Positions 1-14,300 of a stretch of DNA of 64,000 nucleotides are shown piece after piece. Position 1 is the stretch's first letter, and each line of letters opens with the position of its first letter. Where the stretch lies: assembly GCA_047967505.1 (NCBI GenBank), contig CM106538.1. One strand, written 5' to 3'. Below the pieces are notes generated by a model. The model saw nothing but the letters and a program-made list of their open reading frames with translations, had not been told where the DNA came from and ran no database searches. This DNA comes from Dipteris shenzhenensis (Eukaryota). A program made the position numbers and the translations under genes.

Positions 1-4
1 TTCA

Positions 5-3000
5 GTGTTAGGTCCGAACATCACTCCAGATCCTTTTCCCGGAGATCAGAAGTCTCGTACCAAGGAGGTTGTTGACACTTGGTTGCACAAGTGGCAAGTA
101 CACTTCCAGTTTCACCCGTACCCAGATGACAAGAAAATACAGCTTGCAGCCGGGTTCATGTCAGGAAAGGCTTTATTGTGGTGGAAGGAACTCCAACCCA
201 AGCCTGCAGCATGGATAGATTTCGAAGGGGTCTTCAGGAAAGAGTTTCTGAAGAAGGAGGAAGATTATGATATCGTAGGCAAGCTCAAAGCCCTCGATAT
301 GTCCAAGCTGAACTTGACTTTTGAGGTTTATCTTCAGAGGTTTCGGGATTTGCAGACCAGAGCTACAAAGATGGATCCAATGACCTTGTTAGGTTTCTTT
401 GTGGATGGTTTGCCTGACTCCTACAAGTTACAGATCAAGAACAACAAGTGTACCACGTTGCAAGAGGCCATGAATTACGCGCGTATTTATGATGATACCA
501 TGGCCAGTGCAAAGGGAACCATAGTTTCCGACACGAGTGGGAAGAACAAACGGAAGTTCTTCCAGTCTACCACTGGTACCGGGGAGACGAAGTCTATAGA
601 CAACGCCTCCAAGAAACACTTGACTCAGGCGAAGAATGGTCGAGCCCGTTTCCTTCGTACCTTGAAGCTAAAGAAGGAAGGACGTTGCTTCTTCTGCGAG
701 GAGCGGAGCCACACTAAGAATGATTGTCCTAAGCGCAAGAACCAAAAGCAAGCGCTGGGACCGAAGCTCCAGGCGGGTCCGGGTACCAAAGCCAAGGGAG
801 CTAATCAAGTTTCGATGACAGGTATTTCTGTAAATGTCATTACCTGCCCACTTTCTTGTGATTGCACTTTTAATACTTCGTTATTTGGTTCCCATGATCT
901 TTTCGAAGTTTATGGAGAAGTTAGGGACCAAAGAGTTCACATTCTCTTTGACCCGGGCAGCTCTGACAATTTTGTCAATTACAAACTTGTGCAGAAGATG
1001 GGGCTGTCCACGATACCAAGCGATCACACCTATGAGGTGCAGCTTCCAGCTGGGAAGCAGTTTTGGGATCGCAAGATTAAAGCGCTTTCTATCCGGATTC
1101 AAGAATACACAGCGGCTCTTACGTGCTATGTTATGCACTTGGAGCATGTGGACTTCTTAATCAGAATAGAGTGGTTTAAAACCCATGATGTTCGGATTGG
1201 ATGGAAGGAACGTACTCTTTCTTTTTTAGATAAGGACACCCAATTTTGTATTCAGTGTGATAATATTCCCTCTTCTCAAGGACCTATTGTATCTGCAATG
1301 CAGCTTCGGAATATATTAAACACTTCTCATTATCATGTCTATCAATGTGTTTTGATTCTGCTTTCTTCATTTGTTGTCTCTGTTAATAACAAGAATGATT
1401 TAAGTGTGTTTGAACACCGTGAATTGAGAATGTTGTTAGATGATTTCATGGATGTACTCCCTGCTCAACTACCGGAAGGTCTACCTCCAGAACGGGCAGT
1501 TGATCATCGCATAGACTTAGTACCTGGGGCTCAACCTATTAGTGTTCCACCTTATAGGATGAGCCAGCTTGAGGAGGATGAGTTAGCTTAGCTTCACAAC
1601 TACATGATTACTTGAATATGGGCTATATTCGCCCAAGTAAATCACCTTGGGGGGCACCTGTGCTCTTAAGAAAGAAGAAAGATTCTACATGGAGAATGTG
1701 TATAGATTATAAATGATTGAATAAAGTGACAATTAAGAATCGATACCCTCTACCTCGTTCCGATGATCTAATAGACTGTTTGGCCGGAGCGAAGTATTTC
1801 ACTAAGATTGATTTGCGTACGGGTTATCACCAAATTCGTATCTATGCTAAACACATAGATAGAACCGCATTCCGAACTAGGTATGGCCACTACGAGTTTC
1901 TTGTATTACCTTTTGGTTTGACCAATGCTCTTGCCACCTTCCAGCAAATGATGAACGATTTGTTCCGAGATTTTCTGGGCAAATTCGTAGTGTTCTTAGA
2001 TGACATCTTGGTATATAACCGAACGCTCGAGGATCACATAGGACACCTCCGGATTGTCTTAGTTATTCTAAGACAGCATAAGCTCTATGCTAAGATGAGT
2101 AAATGTGACTTCTTTATGAAGGAGATCATTTACTTCGAACACAAGATTTCTTCTGAAGGTATTAGCATTGATCTGGATCGTATCCAGAAGGTTCTATCCC
2201 TCAGACTGTGAAACAACTTCGTTCTTTCCTAGGATTTACGGTATTTCTACGGAAGTCTGTGCGTGATTATTCACATATCACAGCACCCCTGACAAACATA
2301 TTGAAAGGTCGTGGACGTAGGTCTACCTAGCCGATCTCTTAGAATGATGCATTGAACAAGGCTTTTGAAACCTTGAAGTTTTCTATCAAGGAAGCACCCC
2401 TTCTTGCATTACCCGATCCTACCTGGCCTTATGTTTTAGAGGCCGATGCGAGTGATTTTGCGATTGGGGCAGCTCTATTCCAAGAGGGCAGACCTGTAGC
2501 TTTCGAGAGTAAGAAGCTAGACGACACCCAATATCGTTGGCCCACACTAGAAAAGGAACTCTATGCTGTAGTGTATGCCCTTAAGGTTTGGAGACACTAC
2601 TTGTATGGTTCGAAGTTTCTTGTATTGACTGACCATCAGTCAATTAAGTATGTGTGTGATGGGTCTGAATTGAGGGGACGGAAAGCTAGATGGGCAGAAT
2701 TAATGCAAGATTTTGATTTTGAAATACGTTATCAAAAGGGTTCGTTGAATAGTGTGGCGGATGCCTTAAGTCGAGTCAAGTTTGTAAATGCTATGTCATT
2801 TACGGAAATATCCTCAGACCTATTTCAATCCTTGAGAGGGCTTTGCGCAACTAATAGTCATTTCAGTTCTTATTGGCAGAGAGTCCAAGATGGGAGCTCC
2901 ATGGTTGACCAGGACTCAGGGATTGTGCCCCCTACGGTACAGGCGGCAGGAGGTCAATGGATGATTAGGAACGGCTTGCTGTTCCGAAATGGAAAGATTT

Positions 3001-4277
3001 GTGTGCCAGATGTTCTGGAACTTCGATCCAAAATTCTCTGGGAGTGTCATGAAGCTCCTAGTGCTAGACATCCGGGTATACATCGAACTCTATCTCTTGT
3101 GAAGCATACCTTTTATTGGCCTAAGATGCGTGCATTTATTGAAAACTATGTAGTAGGTTGCCGGGTTTGTCAGGTTACTAAAGCAGAACGCCTTCGAAGC
3201 GCGGGTTTATTACAGCCACTACAGATTCCAAGTAATAAATGGGAAAGTATTTCCATGGATTTTATTACTGGTTTGCCTCGAACGGCCTCGAACGCGCAAG
3301 GGTCATGACTCCATTTGGGTCATAGTCGACCGTTTGACAAAAATGGCTAGGTTCTTACCTACTAGAACAACTATTTCAGCTGTTCAGCTGGCTCACGAGT
3401 TTGTGGACCACTTGTTTAAGCTGTATGGTTTGCCCTCTGACATAGTCAGTGACAGGGACTCGAAGTTCACAAGTAACTTTTGGACACTTGTTTTTGAGAA
3501 GTTAGAAACTACTCTAAGTATGAGTTCCTCAGATCATGCACAATCCAATGGCAGTACAGAGAAGGTCAACCAATTGGTTGAAGATATGCTTCGGGCATAT
3601 GTTTCTAAGAGCAGTCTTCATGGGAAGATTATCTACCTATGATAGAATTTGCTTATAACAGTGCAAAGCATTCGAGTACTGGTTACAGTCCTTTTATGCT
3701 TATGTACGGGTTTCAACCTAAGTCACCAGTTATGGTTGGGTTAAAAGGGATTCAAAATGATGCTGCAAAGACCTTCTTGCAAGACATGCAGGAAATGTTG
3801 CAGTTTGCCAAGGAGTCTATTAGAAGTGCCCAAGATTGGAACAGATTTTATGCTAATAGACATTGTTCATCTAGAGAGTTCTCTGAAGGAACGATGGTAT
3901 ATTTGCGAATCCCCAAGGAATCCAAGAGCCTAAGTACTGGTTTGGTTCCGAAATTATCCCCCAGGTACTGTGGTACATTCAAGGTTATTAAAAGAATTGG
4001 ACCAATTGCATATCGACTAGAATTGCCTCCTGAAGTTAAAGTACATCCAGTCTTTCATGTCAGTAGACTGAAAGAAGTATTGGGTGCGGAAGATCAACTT
4101 GTTTCTCCTCAAGAAATAATAAGAGTTACAGATTTGACTTTTATTCCACACAAACCTGAGTGTATTCTTGAATTTCGTGAAAGACAGATTCGTAATAGAA
4201 CTATCACGGAATACAAGATCAAGTGGAAGGATCGTGTTGAGGAGGATGCAACATGGGAGACATTACAGAACCTCTAG
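5..4277 (+). pseudogene. Gypsy gag-pol polyprotein broken by stops and frameshifts
   Basis: Zinc knuckle CFFCEERSHTKNDC; protease [33 protein letters not shown]; RNase H EADASD; IN HHCC region and WESISMDFITGLP; C-terminal chromodomain EYKIKWK..EDATWE; split over ORFs 5-1591, 1717-2211, 2352-3308, 3334-3642, 3639-4277. Confidence 0.95.
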
Positions 4278-4335
4278 CGGACATTCCTGAGTTTTTTAGC
4301 AAACTCAGGAGTGAGTTCTTAGAGGAGGGGAAGTA

Positions 4336-4865
4336 TGTCATGTGCACAGATTGGTATCCGACGTGTACTGGGTACACGAGACTAGCTCAGGTAGCTTGGG
4401 GAGGCTTAGAGCTAAGCAGGCTTGATTCTCGCGTTGAGTGGCAAGGGTACGAACCAGTTAGAGGTCTTCGCTATTTTTGGCGCTTGGGGCCCGAGTCTAT
4501 AAAAGGGGCCCAGAGGTTCAGTTCTCAGAGAGCCGATGGGAGCAAGTTTCGTTCCCATGAGCTAGGTCTGATCCTGGATTGAGTCGCCGACGCGCACCTG
4601 CATCATAACATAGCCCAAGGCCCAGTAGCAGATCCCAGGCTTCACAGCGCCACCTGGTGGTATGGGACACCAGGCTGGTTAGGATCTGGTTGGGAGTTCG
4701 TGCCAGTAGCTCAGCTCGTGGCTCGGAGGGGACATCTCCTGATACGGGATCACATCCCGTAGATGTCATGGTTGGGTGGTGAGCAGCCTGCTCAGTTTTC
4801 TCACGTTGTGTGTGTTCTTGTGTTTGCTTGCAGATTAGAGGTTTCAGGAGTGCTGGGATGTGTCA
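4336..4865 (+). repeat. 3' LTR of the chromovirus (right end approximate)
   Basis: Starts TGTCA just after the PPT; TATAAAA near 4498; candidate end TGTGTCA at 4865. No 5' LTR in the window to confirm the end. Confidence 0.6.
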
Positions 4866-5454
4866 CCTGCATTGTGCGTATGAGGGAGGCGAACTTGACG
4901 TTGGAGTCGAAGGAGCCTCTTAGCTGTAGGTCACCTTGCCTTGATGCTCGTAGAAGACCGTGGGCTGAAGTAGAGTTCGTGACTTGAAGCTTAATTGCTG
5001 GGCGTTGAAGATGGAGGTAGCCTTTGTTGGAGCGTTGGAGCGTTGGAGAGTCAAAGCTAGCAAATGGCGGGCAAGCTCAATGGAGGGCTGTTGCAAGGCG
5101 TTATGGCATAGTCCATCGAGACTACCGTTTCGTGTGAGCAGAGAAGGACAAATCTCGTTGGTTGAGCGGCTGGACCTCAAAAGCATGCTGAAAGTGGTCG
5201 ATGGATGCTGAAGCTTGCTCGCTGAAGGCGTTTGTTGGTGGACTTGCAGTCAATGAAGGCATGTAGGCCAGTAGTTACTTAAACTTGCTTTGTTTAAAGG
5301 AGCTATTGCTTAGCCACGAGCAGCCGTAGAGGTCGTTGGCCGATACCAAAGTTGCTGTAGAGACTGGCCGTTGAGGGCGTATGCCTTTGGAGTCTGCTCT
5401 TGGAGGCGCTGTTCGTAGGGGCGGTTCTCGTTGCAGAGTTGATGACTAAAGTTG

Positions 5455-8400
5455 TGTTAGAATTATAGATATAATTCAGCAGTGACCAATGTAATTTAAT
5501 AAGCTAGTTAGGGGCACTTTTCCCTCTTTAAGAGGTTTTTGCCCCCAACCGCAGTTAGTCCACTAACTATGGTTAGTGACTACTAAGGTTTTGTCACTAG
5601 GACAAAACCTTATCTCACTCCTTCAGTTGTATCTCTCTTACTCTCATCTATCTCCACGATCTGCAGATCCGTGCTGCGCCGTACTGTTTCCGCCATCTGT
5701 ACATTTCCATACGATTTCGCTCAATCCAGCTCGGTCCGTACTGCAGATCTGTCGTACCTACTGCTTTCGTACTGCGCGACTATACTTCTCAACCCGTACT
5801 GCATTTCGACGGTACTGCCGTACAGTCCACTCCGTTCGTATTGTGTTGTACCTGCTCGTCCGTACATCCGTACCTGCAAGTTCCGTACTGCACACCTGCA
5901 TCAGCCGCCGCACCGTTTTTCGTACAGCCGTACTGCATGTGTACGGATTCCGTACAGGATTCATTGAGTAGGCATTCTTGCAGCTCTTTTGCTATTCTTT
6001 GCAGATCTGGTGCTTGTTGTGCTATTTTTGCAGTCATTTGCAGATGGCACCTAATACCCCTCCCCAGCAAGGAGGTGGAAGAGGTCGTGCACAGGGTGCA
6101 GTTGCAGCACAGGTTGTTGGTGCAGCTGTAGCCACCACTCCAGAACAAAAGAGATGGGATTCACGGGATGCCTTAGCTTTGTCATGCATCTCTCTTTCAG
6201 TGAAAAGATTTATCATTCCGCATATCTGGTCGCGTAAGACCTCGAAGGCAGCGTGGGATATCTTAGAAAGCATGTATGCAGCCCGGAATGATGCAAGGGT
6301 ATCTTTCTTGAAAAGAGAGTTAAGTAATACACATATGGAAGAGGGTGACTCCATGTCAGTCCACCTCACAAAGCTACAGGATCTTAGAGAGCAATTATTG
6401 AACATTGATGGGATTATTCCTGATTTAGAGATGATTACCACCACTCGGAATTCTCTTATCTCAGCTTCCATACCTCGCTGAACTTATCATTGAGGGGGGG
6501 TGCAAATCCTCTCACTTTTCATGAGTTGATAGGACTTCTGCTTCAAGAAGAGCAGACCAGGAAAAACTTGGCTTCACGTGCAGGTGAACAAGCTATGCTC
6601 TCAAAGTTCAAGTCAAAAGGAAAGGGACAGGCAAAGACATCAGTAAATCAGCCTCCCAGTGGGTCAGGACAGCCTTCACAAAAGGCTAAGAATGATGCAA
6701 GTAAGCCCAAGAAGAAGGGTTTCTGTCATTACTGCAAAAAGCCAGGTCATCACATTGCAGAATGCAGGAAAAGGCTTGCAAAAGAGAAGAAAAACAGCTC
6801 CGGTATGGCTGTTTCAGATTCAGCTCCTCATGCATCTGACAGTGGGGATGCTGCAGCCAACTTTGTTGGACAAGATTATGCCTTTTTATCTTGCATTTCA
6901 GATTCTAAGCTGGCTGCTCCAGATGCTCGGGATAGTACAGCCACTTGTAACGATGATACATATGCCTTTTTGACTTGCAGTTATGATCCTTCCACAGATG
7001 CATCAGCTTTCACTGTCAATGAAACACTGAATACTTGGTATTTTGACAGCGGTGCCTCCAAGCATATCACTTCTAGGAAGTGTCTCTTCACTTCCTTGCA
7101 TCCACCTCCCGTTGGTAAGAAAGTCACTTGTGCCAACAACTCGTCATATTCACTACGTGGTATAGGAGAAGTTGAGCTTACCGCCATTGATGGCTCAATT
7201 TTCAGACTTTCAGATGTCTTGTATGTGCCTGGTATCACCAAGAATCTCCTTTCAGTGTCCACTCTTAACAGGGCTGGATTTCAGGTCATTTTTGAGGATG
7301 ACAAATGTGCTGTCCGAGACAGAGAAAATGATTATGCCTTGAGATTATCTGGTACTCTGCTGCGTGGGCTTTTTCAGCTTGATCTTTTTGAGAAAAGAGC
7401 AGCCCATGCTCTTGCAGTTTCTACTCCTACTGCTGCCATGCAGAATGCAGAGTTATGGCATGCCAGATATGGCCACATGCATTACAACAACTTGATGACA
7501 CTTCAGAAGCACTCTATGGTTGATGCATTGCCACCTCTTGAGATACCTCCTCCACATGCCTGTGAAGGGTGCATTTTAGGCAAGATGCACAGATTCCCCT
7601 TCAAAAAGGATGGTTCAGTTAAAGCTGTCCGAAAATTACAGCTTATACACAGTGATGTCTGTGGTCCCATGAGGACTCCATCATTGGGTGGTCATCTCTA
7701 CATCAGAATTTACAGTCACCTCCCGATGCTCCAGCTCAGCCACAGGATGTCTTGCCACCTCCATAGGCAGTGGAACGGGTGGTTTAGCAAGAAATTGCAG
7801 ACATACATGCAGCAAAAACAGTCCCAAACTGGCTGTTACAGACTCTCAGGGAGAGTAAGATTGATGCTCCATTACCTGGCAGGACTCGCAGTGCAGTAAG
7901 GCACATGGAAGGTGCTGATTCAGTGGAATCAACATATGCAGGTACTCTTCTCGATGAGGAGCAGCTTGCAACATTCGAAGAAGCAAAGGACAATGTGCAT
8001 TGGATGAATGCCATACACGATGAATTGCAGTCCATTCAGAAAAATCAGACTTGCGATGTCGTAGACTTGCCACCAGGTAAACATGCCATTGGTACACGAT
8101 GGGTTTTCAAGGTCAAACGGAAGCCAGATGGCTCCATTGACAGATACAGGGCAAGGCTGGTTGCCAAAGGCTATGCTCAAAAAAAGGGCATAGATTATGA
8201 GGAGACTTTTGCTCCTACATCCCGGATGACCACCATCCGATCTGTTATTGCAATGGCTGCACATTTTGAGTGGAATGTTCATCAGTTGGACATTCAAACA
8301 GTCCAGGCTTTGAAATTTCAGGTATGCAAGCTGAATAAAGCTTTGTATGGGCTGAAACAGGCCCCTCGTGCATGGTATGCCAAGATTCATGCCTTTTTGA

Positions 8401-9671
8401 CCAACAAGGGGCTGCACAATAGTCCTACTGAGAGCACCCTCTACATCAAGAAGGATGGGGGGGAAATTTTAGTCATCATTCTTTATGTCGATGACTTACT
8501 ACTCACAGGGTCCAATGAAGATAATATTGCAGATTTCAAAGCTGATTTGCAGACCAACTTTGACATGTCAGATTTGGGGCTGCTTCACTTTTATTTGGGG
8601 ATCCAGTTCTCTCAGGAGAGACGTGGCATTGTTATGTCTCAGTCCAAGTATGTGCAGAAACTCTTGGACAGATTTAACATGCATGATCGTAAGCCCATAG
8701 CCACTCCCATGGAGCCGGGGCTGAAACTCACAATGCATGATGCACGAGAATCAATTGATGCCACATTTTACAGTCAGGCTGTTGGATGCCTCATTTATCT
8801 CTGCAACACTAGACCTGATATTCAGTTTGCAGTATCTCCGGTGAGCAGATATATGCACAACCCAAAAACTATGCATTGGCAGGCAGTTAAGCGCATCTTC
8901 CGTTATTTGCAGGGCACGAAGTCTTTTGGCTTGTTATTTCCCAAGGGGGGTGACTTGCAGATGCATGCCTACAGTGATTCAGATTGGGCTGGTGATTATG
9001 ACACTAGGCAGTCCACTAGTGGCAATTGTTTCTTTTTGGGTAAAGCTTGCATTTCCTGGCTGAGCAAGAAACAATCTACAGTGGCTACCTCATCATGTGA
9101 AGCTGAGTACACGGCAGCTTTCACAGCAACAGTTGAATGTGTCTGGCTGCGTCGTCTATTTGCTGATCTTCATCTGTCATTGGAGGGTCCTTCTCCATTT
9201 CTCACTGATAGTCAGAGTGCCATTGCAGTGGCAAAGAATCCAGTGTTTCATGCTCGCACGAAGCACATTGAGGTTCACTATCACTACATCAAAGAGAAGT
9301 TGCATGCAGGAGAGATCAGTATGATCTTTGTGTCCACACATGACAATGTTGCAGATATTTTCACCAAAGCACTTCCCCGTGAAAAGTTTGAGGCATTTCG
9401 CAGTGCCCTGAACTTATATCCGTTTGGTGATTAATCATCCTTGTACATGACATTGGCACTACAGGGGAGTGTTAGAATTATAGATATAATTCAGCAGTGA
9501 CCAATGTAATTTAATAAGCTAGTTAGGGGCACTTTTTCCTCTTTAAGAGGTTTTTTCCCCTAACCGCAATTAGTCCACTAACTATGGTTAGTGACTACTA
9601 AGGTCTTGTCACTAGGACAAAACCTTATCTCACTCCTTCAGTTGTATCTCTCTTACTCTCATCTATTTGCA
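5455..9671 (+). mobile_element. Ty1/Copia LTR retrotransposon with internal deletions
   Basis: About 202-bp direct repeats at 5455-5656 and 9470-9671 (TGTTAG...CA); PPT AGGGGAG before 9470; Copia domain order. TSD and PBS not resolved. Confidence 0.92.
6045..9434 (+). pseudogene. Copia gag-pol lacking the integrase core and part of RT
   Basis: UBN2-type gag; CHYCKKPGHHIAEC; protease WYFDSGAS; GAG-pre-IN LWHARYGH..CEGC; IN stops after HSDVCGP; RT ARLVAKG, LYGLKQAPRAW, YVDDLL; RNase H DSDWAG, KHIEVHYH, ADIFTKAL. Confidence 0.93.
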
Positions 9672-10017
9672 ACTAAGCTTTCAGCTCTCACTCTCTCCTG
9701 CTTCTTGCTCTCATTTGCTCTCTCTCTCCCATTCTCACAAGTTGTTGCAGAGGCCACCTTAGCTCATCACCTTTCTCGCTTTCCCTAAGTTCTCTCAGGC
9801 ACAAGAAGACTCTCACTCAAAGTCTAATCTCTCTCTCTCTCTCTCAACCGGAATTCTATCAAAGAAATCTAAAGAGATTAACGGAAATCTCTCTATCACT
9901 CAATGAACGGAATTTTTCTCTCACAAAAGAGAAAACTCGATCTCTCAATCTCTCAAACTATCACACTCTCTCATACTCTCGCACACGGATTGCAATGCCT
10001 TACCGGAAGGCAAGAGA

Positions 10018-10029
10018 GCTCTGATACCG
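10018..10029 (-). promoter_or_regulatory. tRNA-Met primer binding site, one mismatch (CGGTATCAGAGC)
   Basis: Plus strand reads GCTCTGATACCG, directly next to the LTR end TGACA. Confidence 0.85.
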
Positions 10030-11310
10030 TGACAAAACATACCGCCTCAGGATCCATAGAGCACTCTAAGGTGGATGGAACCTATATGGAGACATGATGA
10101 AAAGAATGCTCATGACATGTACCTCAAGTCAACTAAGTTCCAAGATAGATTAGCTTGGACTCATAAACAGAATCTTGAGTGAATGTGAATTCTTCTCTCT
10201 CTCAACAATACATGATAGGCCTCTTATATAGAGAGTGCCCTGTGGTGAGCCATTTGGGGAAGGAGTGGCACATTGACCCTCCCAGTATTTCAAAGCAGGA
10301 TGCCTCTAAATCGCGCCTTTGGCTGTGGGAGGGTAGACCCTTGAGGAAGGTCCAGTGGGATCTGGGAGAGTGGTTCTGGCCCTCCAGGGGCGGCCCAGCT
10401 GAGTAGGTGGATGAGGTGCCCTTCTTTTCCTACACCACACGGATTGGCAGGAGGCTTCAGATGGACTCGTCGAGGTGGACCCCTTCGAGGGAGAGACATT
10501 GGGTGACCCTGCGACTGCCCCGGATGTGCGCTCCAGAATCTGGACACAGTTGTGGTCCAACTTGCGGCTGAGGAAGATCTCTTACTTCTTCTGGCTGGCC
10601 GCCCATGGAGGCTTGCCCATCGAACCGTGGTTGGAGCAGATGCGAGTGGACGGGCAGTGCCATTGTTGCTCCGATGGTGCCCTGGAGACTATACCACATT
10701 GCATGTGGAGCTGTCGTAGCGCAACAAGGATCTGGATGGGAGCCCTCAGGATCATGACACGTATGCAAAATCTTCATAGAGACTACACTTAGGGGATGGT
10801 GGCTTGGTTGACAGAGGGAGGACACGCGTTTCAGATTGATAAGATCTCCCCAGCCTACTGGATACAGGGTCAGAGCATCCAGAGCATCGCACTTCACAAG
10901 GCAGTCCCCCCTGACAGTCTAGCTCCTCCTTCTCCTAAGGAGGACAGTGTGATAGCCAGCATCACGGCTTGGAACATTTGGGTGGCTCGCTGCAGTCTTG
11001 TGATGGGTAAGCACCCGATTCCACTCGCGGCTACCCTAGTTGTCATATGGCAGGATATCATTTACACTCTATGGTCCACCTGGGAGCGCGGGACTCTAGG
11101 CTCCAGGGCAACTATCGAGAGGCGTGCTTGTTTCTGCAAGACTTGGCCTACACGTGTTTTCTACATCTTCACTCCGCGAGGGATTCACTGGCTGTATAGT
11201 CCCCCCACTTGGCTATTAGCCCTAGTTCCAGAGATCGCCTAGACAGTGAGCTAGGTTTCTCTGAAACATGCCGGTTTTTCTTTCAGCCTTTTTCGATTTT
11301 TTCCATACTC

Positions 11311-14300
11311 TGTCATGACAAGAGAAATCACTAATCTGTGATTAGTAGACATTAAAACATTATTATTATGTTATACGCCAATGGTGTAAGATGTATTTGT
11401 ATTATGATGGACACCGTCCGATTTGTTATGGCGGTGGATCATCTGAGTAGATAGGACTAGTCGAGCTGGAGCCACTGCTTCAGACGGCATCGAATTTGGA
11501 CATGTGATACTTATTCTATTAATTAAAATGTGCACACACGTGTCTAGGTCCTAGGGGCAATAGGAAGGGAAGGGTGCATTAAGGTGCATTGAATGGTAGA
11601 TGCATGGGTCATAGGCTAAGGGTAGGCGTAAATGGGAAGATGGAACTTGAGTGATCTCAAGGGACATTAATGAAAGGGTATCACCCTTTCATTGTGAATC
11701 TCACGTTGCATTCTCTCTACCACATTGCATTCATCCGTCATCTGTCTTCCACCTTCCATGTAGGTCGAAATAGAAACAAGTACTTTCACGAGGGCGCTTT
11801 TCCCCATTGGAGGGCCAATCGGCATTCAAATTCTGCATGCATTGCACACATTTGCATTCTCGAAAAGTGTGGATTTTCACATTTGGTATCAGAGTGGTGA
11901 CGATCCACGAGCGGGACGAGAAGAGGGTGAAAGTTGCGGACGACGGAAGTCACAAGAGGTGTTGCGGAAGAGGATCACAACCGACCGATCTCCGAGGTTC
12001 TGAGACAAGGAATTTTTCTGAAAATTTCTGGTCTTGAATGGTGAACGGGGTGTCCTCACGAGGTGAATTGCCCGGCCCCCCCCCCCCAACCACCACCACC
12101 ATGTGAATGTACCCTTAAAAGCCTTAAACCATGAGGAAAAGAGATCCCTCGTTCTCCCCAACGGAAAGTCAGATCGGAATAAGATTTTAAGGGGGTGATC
12201 CACCCATCAAGTACCTCCTATAACGGTATCTAGAGCTCCAATCTGCTCAAAACAAGTAGCCCAAACGGAGCGTACCAGTTTACAGCAGAAATACAAGAAG
12301 AAAAGCTTGAAAGAGAAGGGAAAGAAGGTCATTTTAAGTGTTTTCTCAACACAAACGAAGCGGGAGTCGGATAAGTACCACCAACTCTACAACACTTGAC
12401 TTTTGCTGTAAAATAAACCTCTTTTTTTTTTTGAAATTACAGCAAGACATTTTCTCTCTTGTATTACTAAAAGGAAAGAATGGAAGGGGAAGGGACATAT
12501 AACAATGAACTTATTCCTTTTCCTCCATTACCCCAAGGAGAGAGAGAGAGAGAGAACACCTTCACCCATTCTTGAAGAGGATGGATTAGGTGAGAGTTAT
12601 ACACATCTTGAGTATGATAACCCACAAATAGATTTACAGCAGTCTCTCCTTCAAGAACCTCTTGATAGGGAGTTCTCCTTTCGTAATGAAAGAAGAAATG
12701 AGACCAGCCAAGAACAAGGTGATGAGTTCACACCTTCAACTCAAAGCCCAGTACGCATGGATTATAATCCAAGTGCAAGAGGAAGAGAGGAGACTCCTGT
12801 TGATAAGTTGATTTTCCAGCTTAGCAATATGATTGAGTAGTCCATTATGACAAGATTAGGGACTAAGAGGACTTTAAACTTCGGGAATGAAGAGTTGAGT
12901 ACCCCTTCTAAGAGGTCCAAATTCCAACCGCGAGAGAGAATGGAGTTCCCCAAATATGATGGGGCAAGGAAGGCTAACAAAATCCTAAATTGGATTCGTC
13001 ATTTTGAGCTATACTTTGCCCATTAAGACAAGACCGAGCAAGAGGAGCTTGCTCTTGCCACAATGCATCTGCAGAAGGATGCTCTAATGTGGTGGTCCTT
13101 GTCACAAACATGAAAAGAGCCTATTCATGAATGGGCTAAGTTCGTGGAGCAACTGAAAGCCACTGTCATGCCACCGAGGCATGAAGAGAACCTAACCTTT
13201 CATTGGGAGAGGTTTAGGCGGTTCGATAATGAGAGTAATGCAGATTTTACAGCCAGATTTTGGAAACTCTCTCTAGAGTTACCCGAAAAGAGTGAGGAAG
13301 ATAGGAGAAAGAAGTATTTAGCAGCCTTAAGCCCAAAAGTAAGGTACGAGGTTGAAATGTTTAACCCAACCACGCTTAAGGACCTCACTAAGCTGGCTGA
13401 AATAGCTGAGAGGAAATTGAATCCGCGTAAACCCTTCAACAAAGGAAATGAGAAAGCTATTGTACAAAATGTTAACAGCCAATCACGTCCTGGATGGATA
13501 CCATTTCCTTCCATGACTGATGATGAGAAGAAAAAGCTAATTAAGGAGGGAAGATGTTTCGGATGTAAGAAACATAAGCCAGGGCATCCATGGCATAAAT
13601 GTCCTACTCTATTAGCCAAAATTGTCAAAACCAATTCTGTAAAAGGGAAAGGCAAAGCATCCAAGCAAGAGGGTGAGGCTTTTACCTCCTTATCCCAAGA
13701 CTCTACGATGAACATAGAACCAAGAGTAAATGCTATCCATTCAGCCAACACTGGTGTATGGATGTGTGAATTGAATAGAGAGTAGGCATATTCATTGTAG
13801 AGTATGGACAGAGAATAAATATTTTTCTCCTCTGTGTAGAGCGTCTGATAAGATAAATAGGGCTGAAATAGAAGAGTTGGAAAAAGAAATTAAAGGTCTA
13901 TAGTTTCTATAGACTAAGTAGCTCTCCATCGCAAAATCATCCATAGCCAAGGTCTACCTAGTTCAATGAAAACATTTGGGTGAGAGAATCGTTTTAATAC
14001 TGACCAATTTGTTGAGAATGTGTTTAAGCTTATTGAGCAGGTTACTGTAAAGATATTTCAGCAACTAAGTATTCATAAGAGGATTCTGAGCATGAAGAGA
14101 TACTGAAGAGGCACTGCAGTGGTACTTCTGCATTTTGAATATCCAGCATCAAGAGGAACCAGAACTTGAAGATGAGATTTAAGTTCGGATTCAGAAGAGA
14201 TTGTGTACTACCAAGAGAAGATCATTTGCAGATTATGAAGAGGAGATGCAAATGCAGAAGTAAAAGAGAAGCGTACGCAAGAGAAAGAGACAAGAGAAGA

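Larger units (their letters stand above)
1..4865 (+). mobile_element. Ty3/Gypsy chromovirus LTR retrotransposon, degenerate; 5' end lies outside the window
   Basis: Domain order gag-PR-RT-RNaseH-IN-chromodomain; PPT AGAGGAGGGGAAG at 4321-4333 followed by TGTCA at 4336. Confidence 0.93.

Noticed and set aside
5445-5454. TSD for Copia 5455-9671
   Set aside because: Left flank AGTTG does not match right flank ACTAA. ACTAA occurs 5 bp further left, so the boundary is unresolved.
4336-10034. TGACA at 10030-10034 as the end of the chromovirus 3' LTR
   Set aside because: It adjoins a reverse-complement Met PBS and belongs to a minus-strand LTR of another element.
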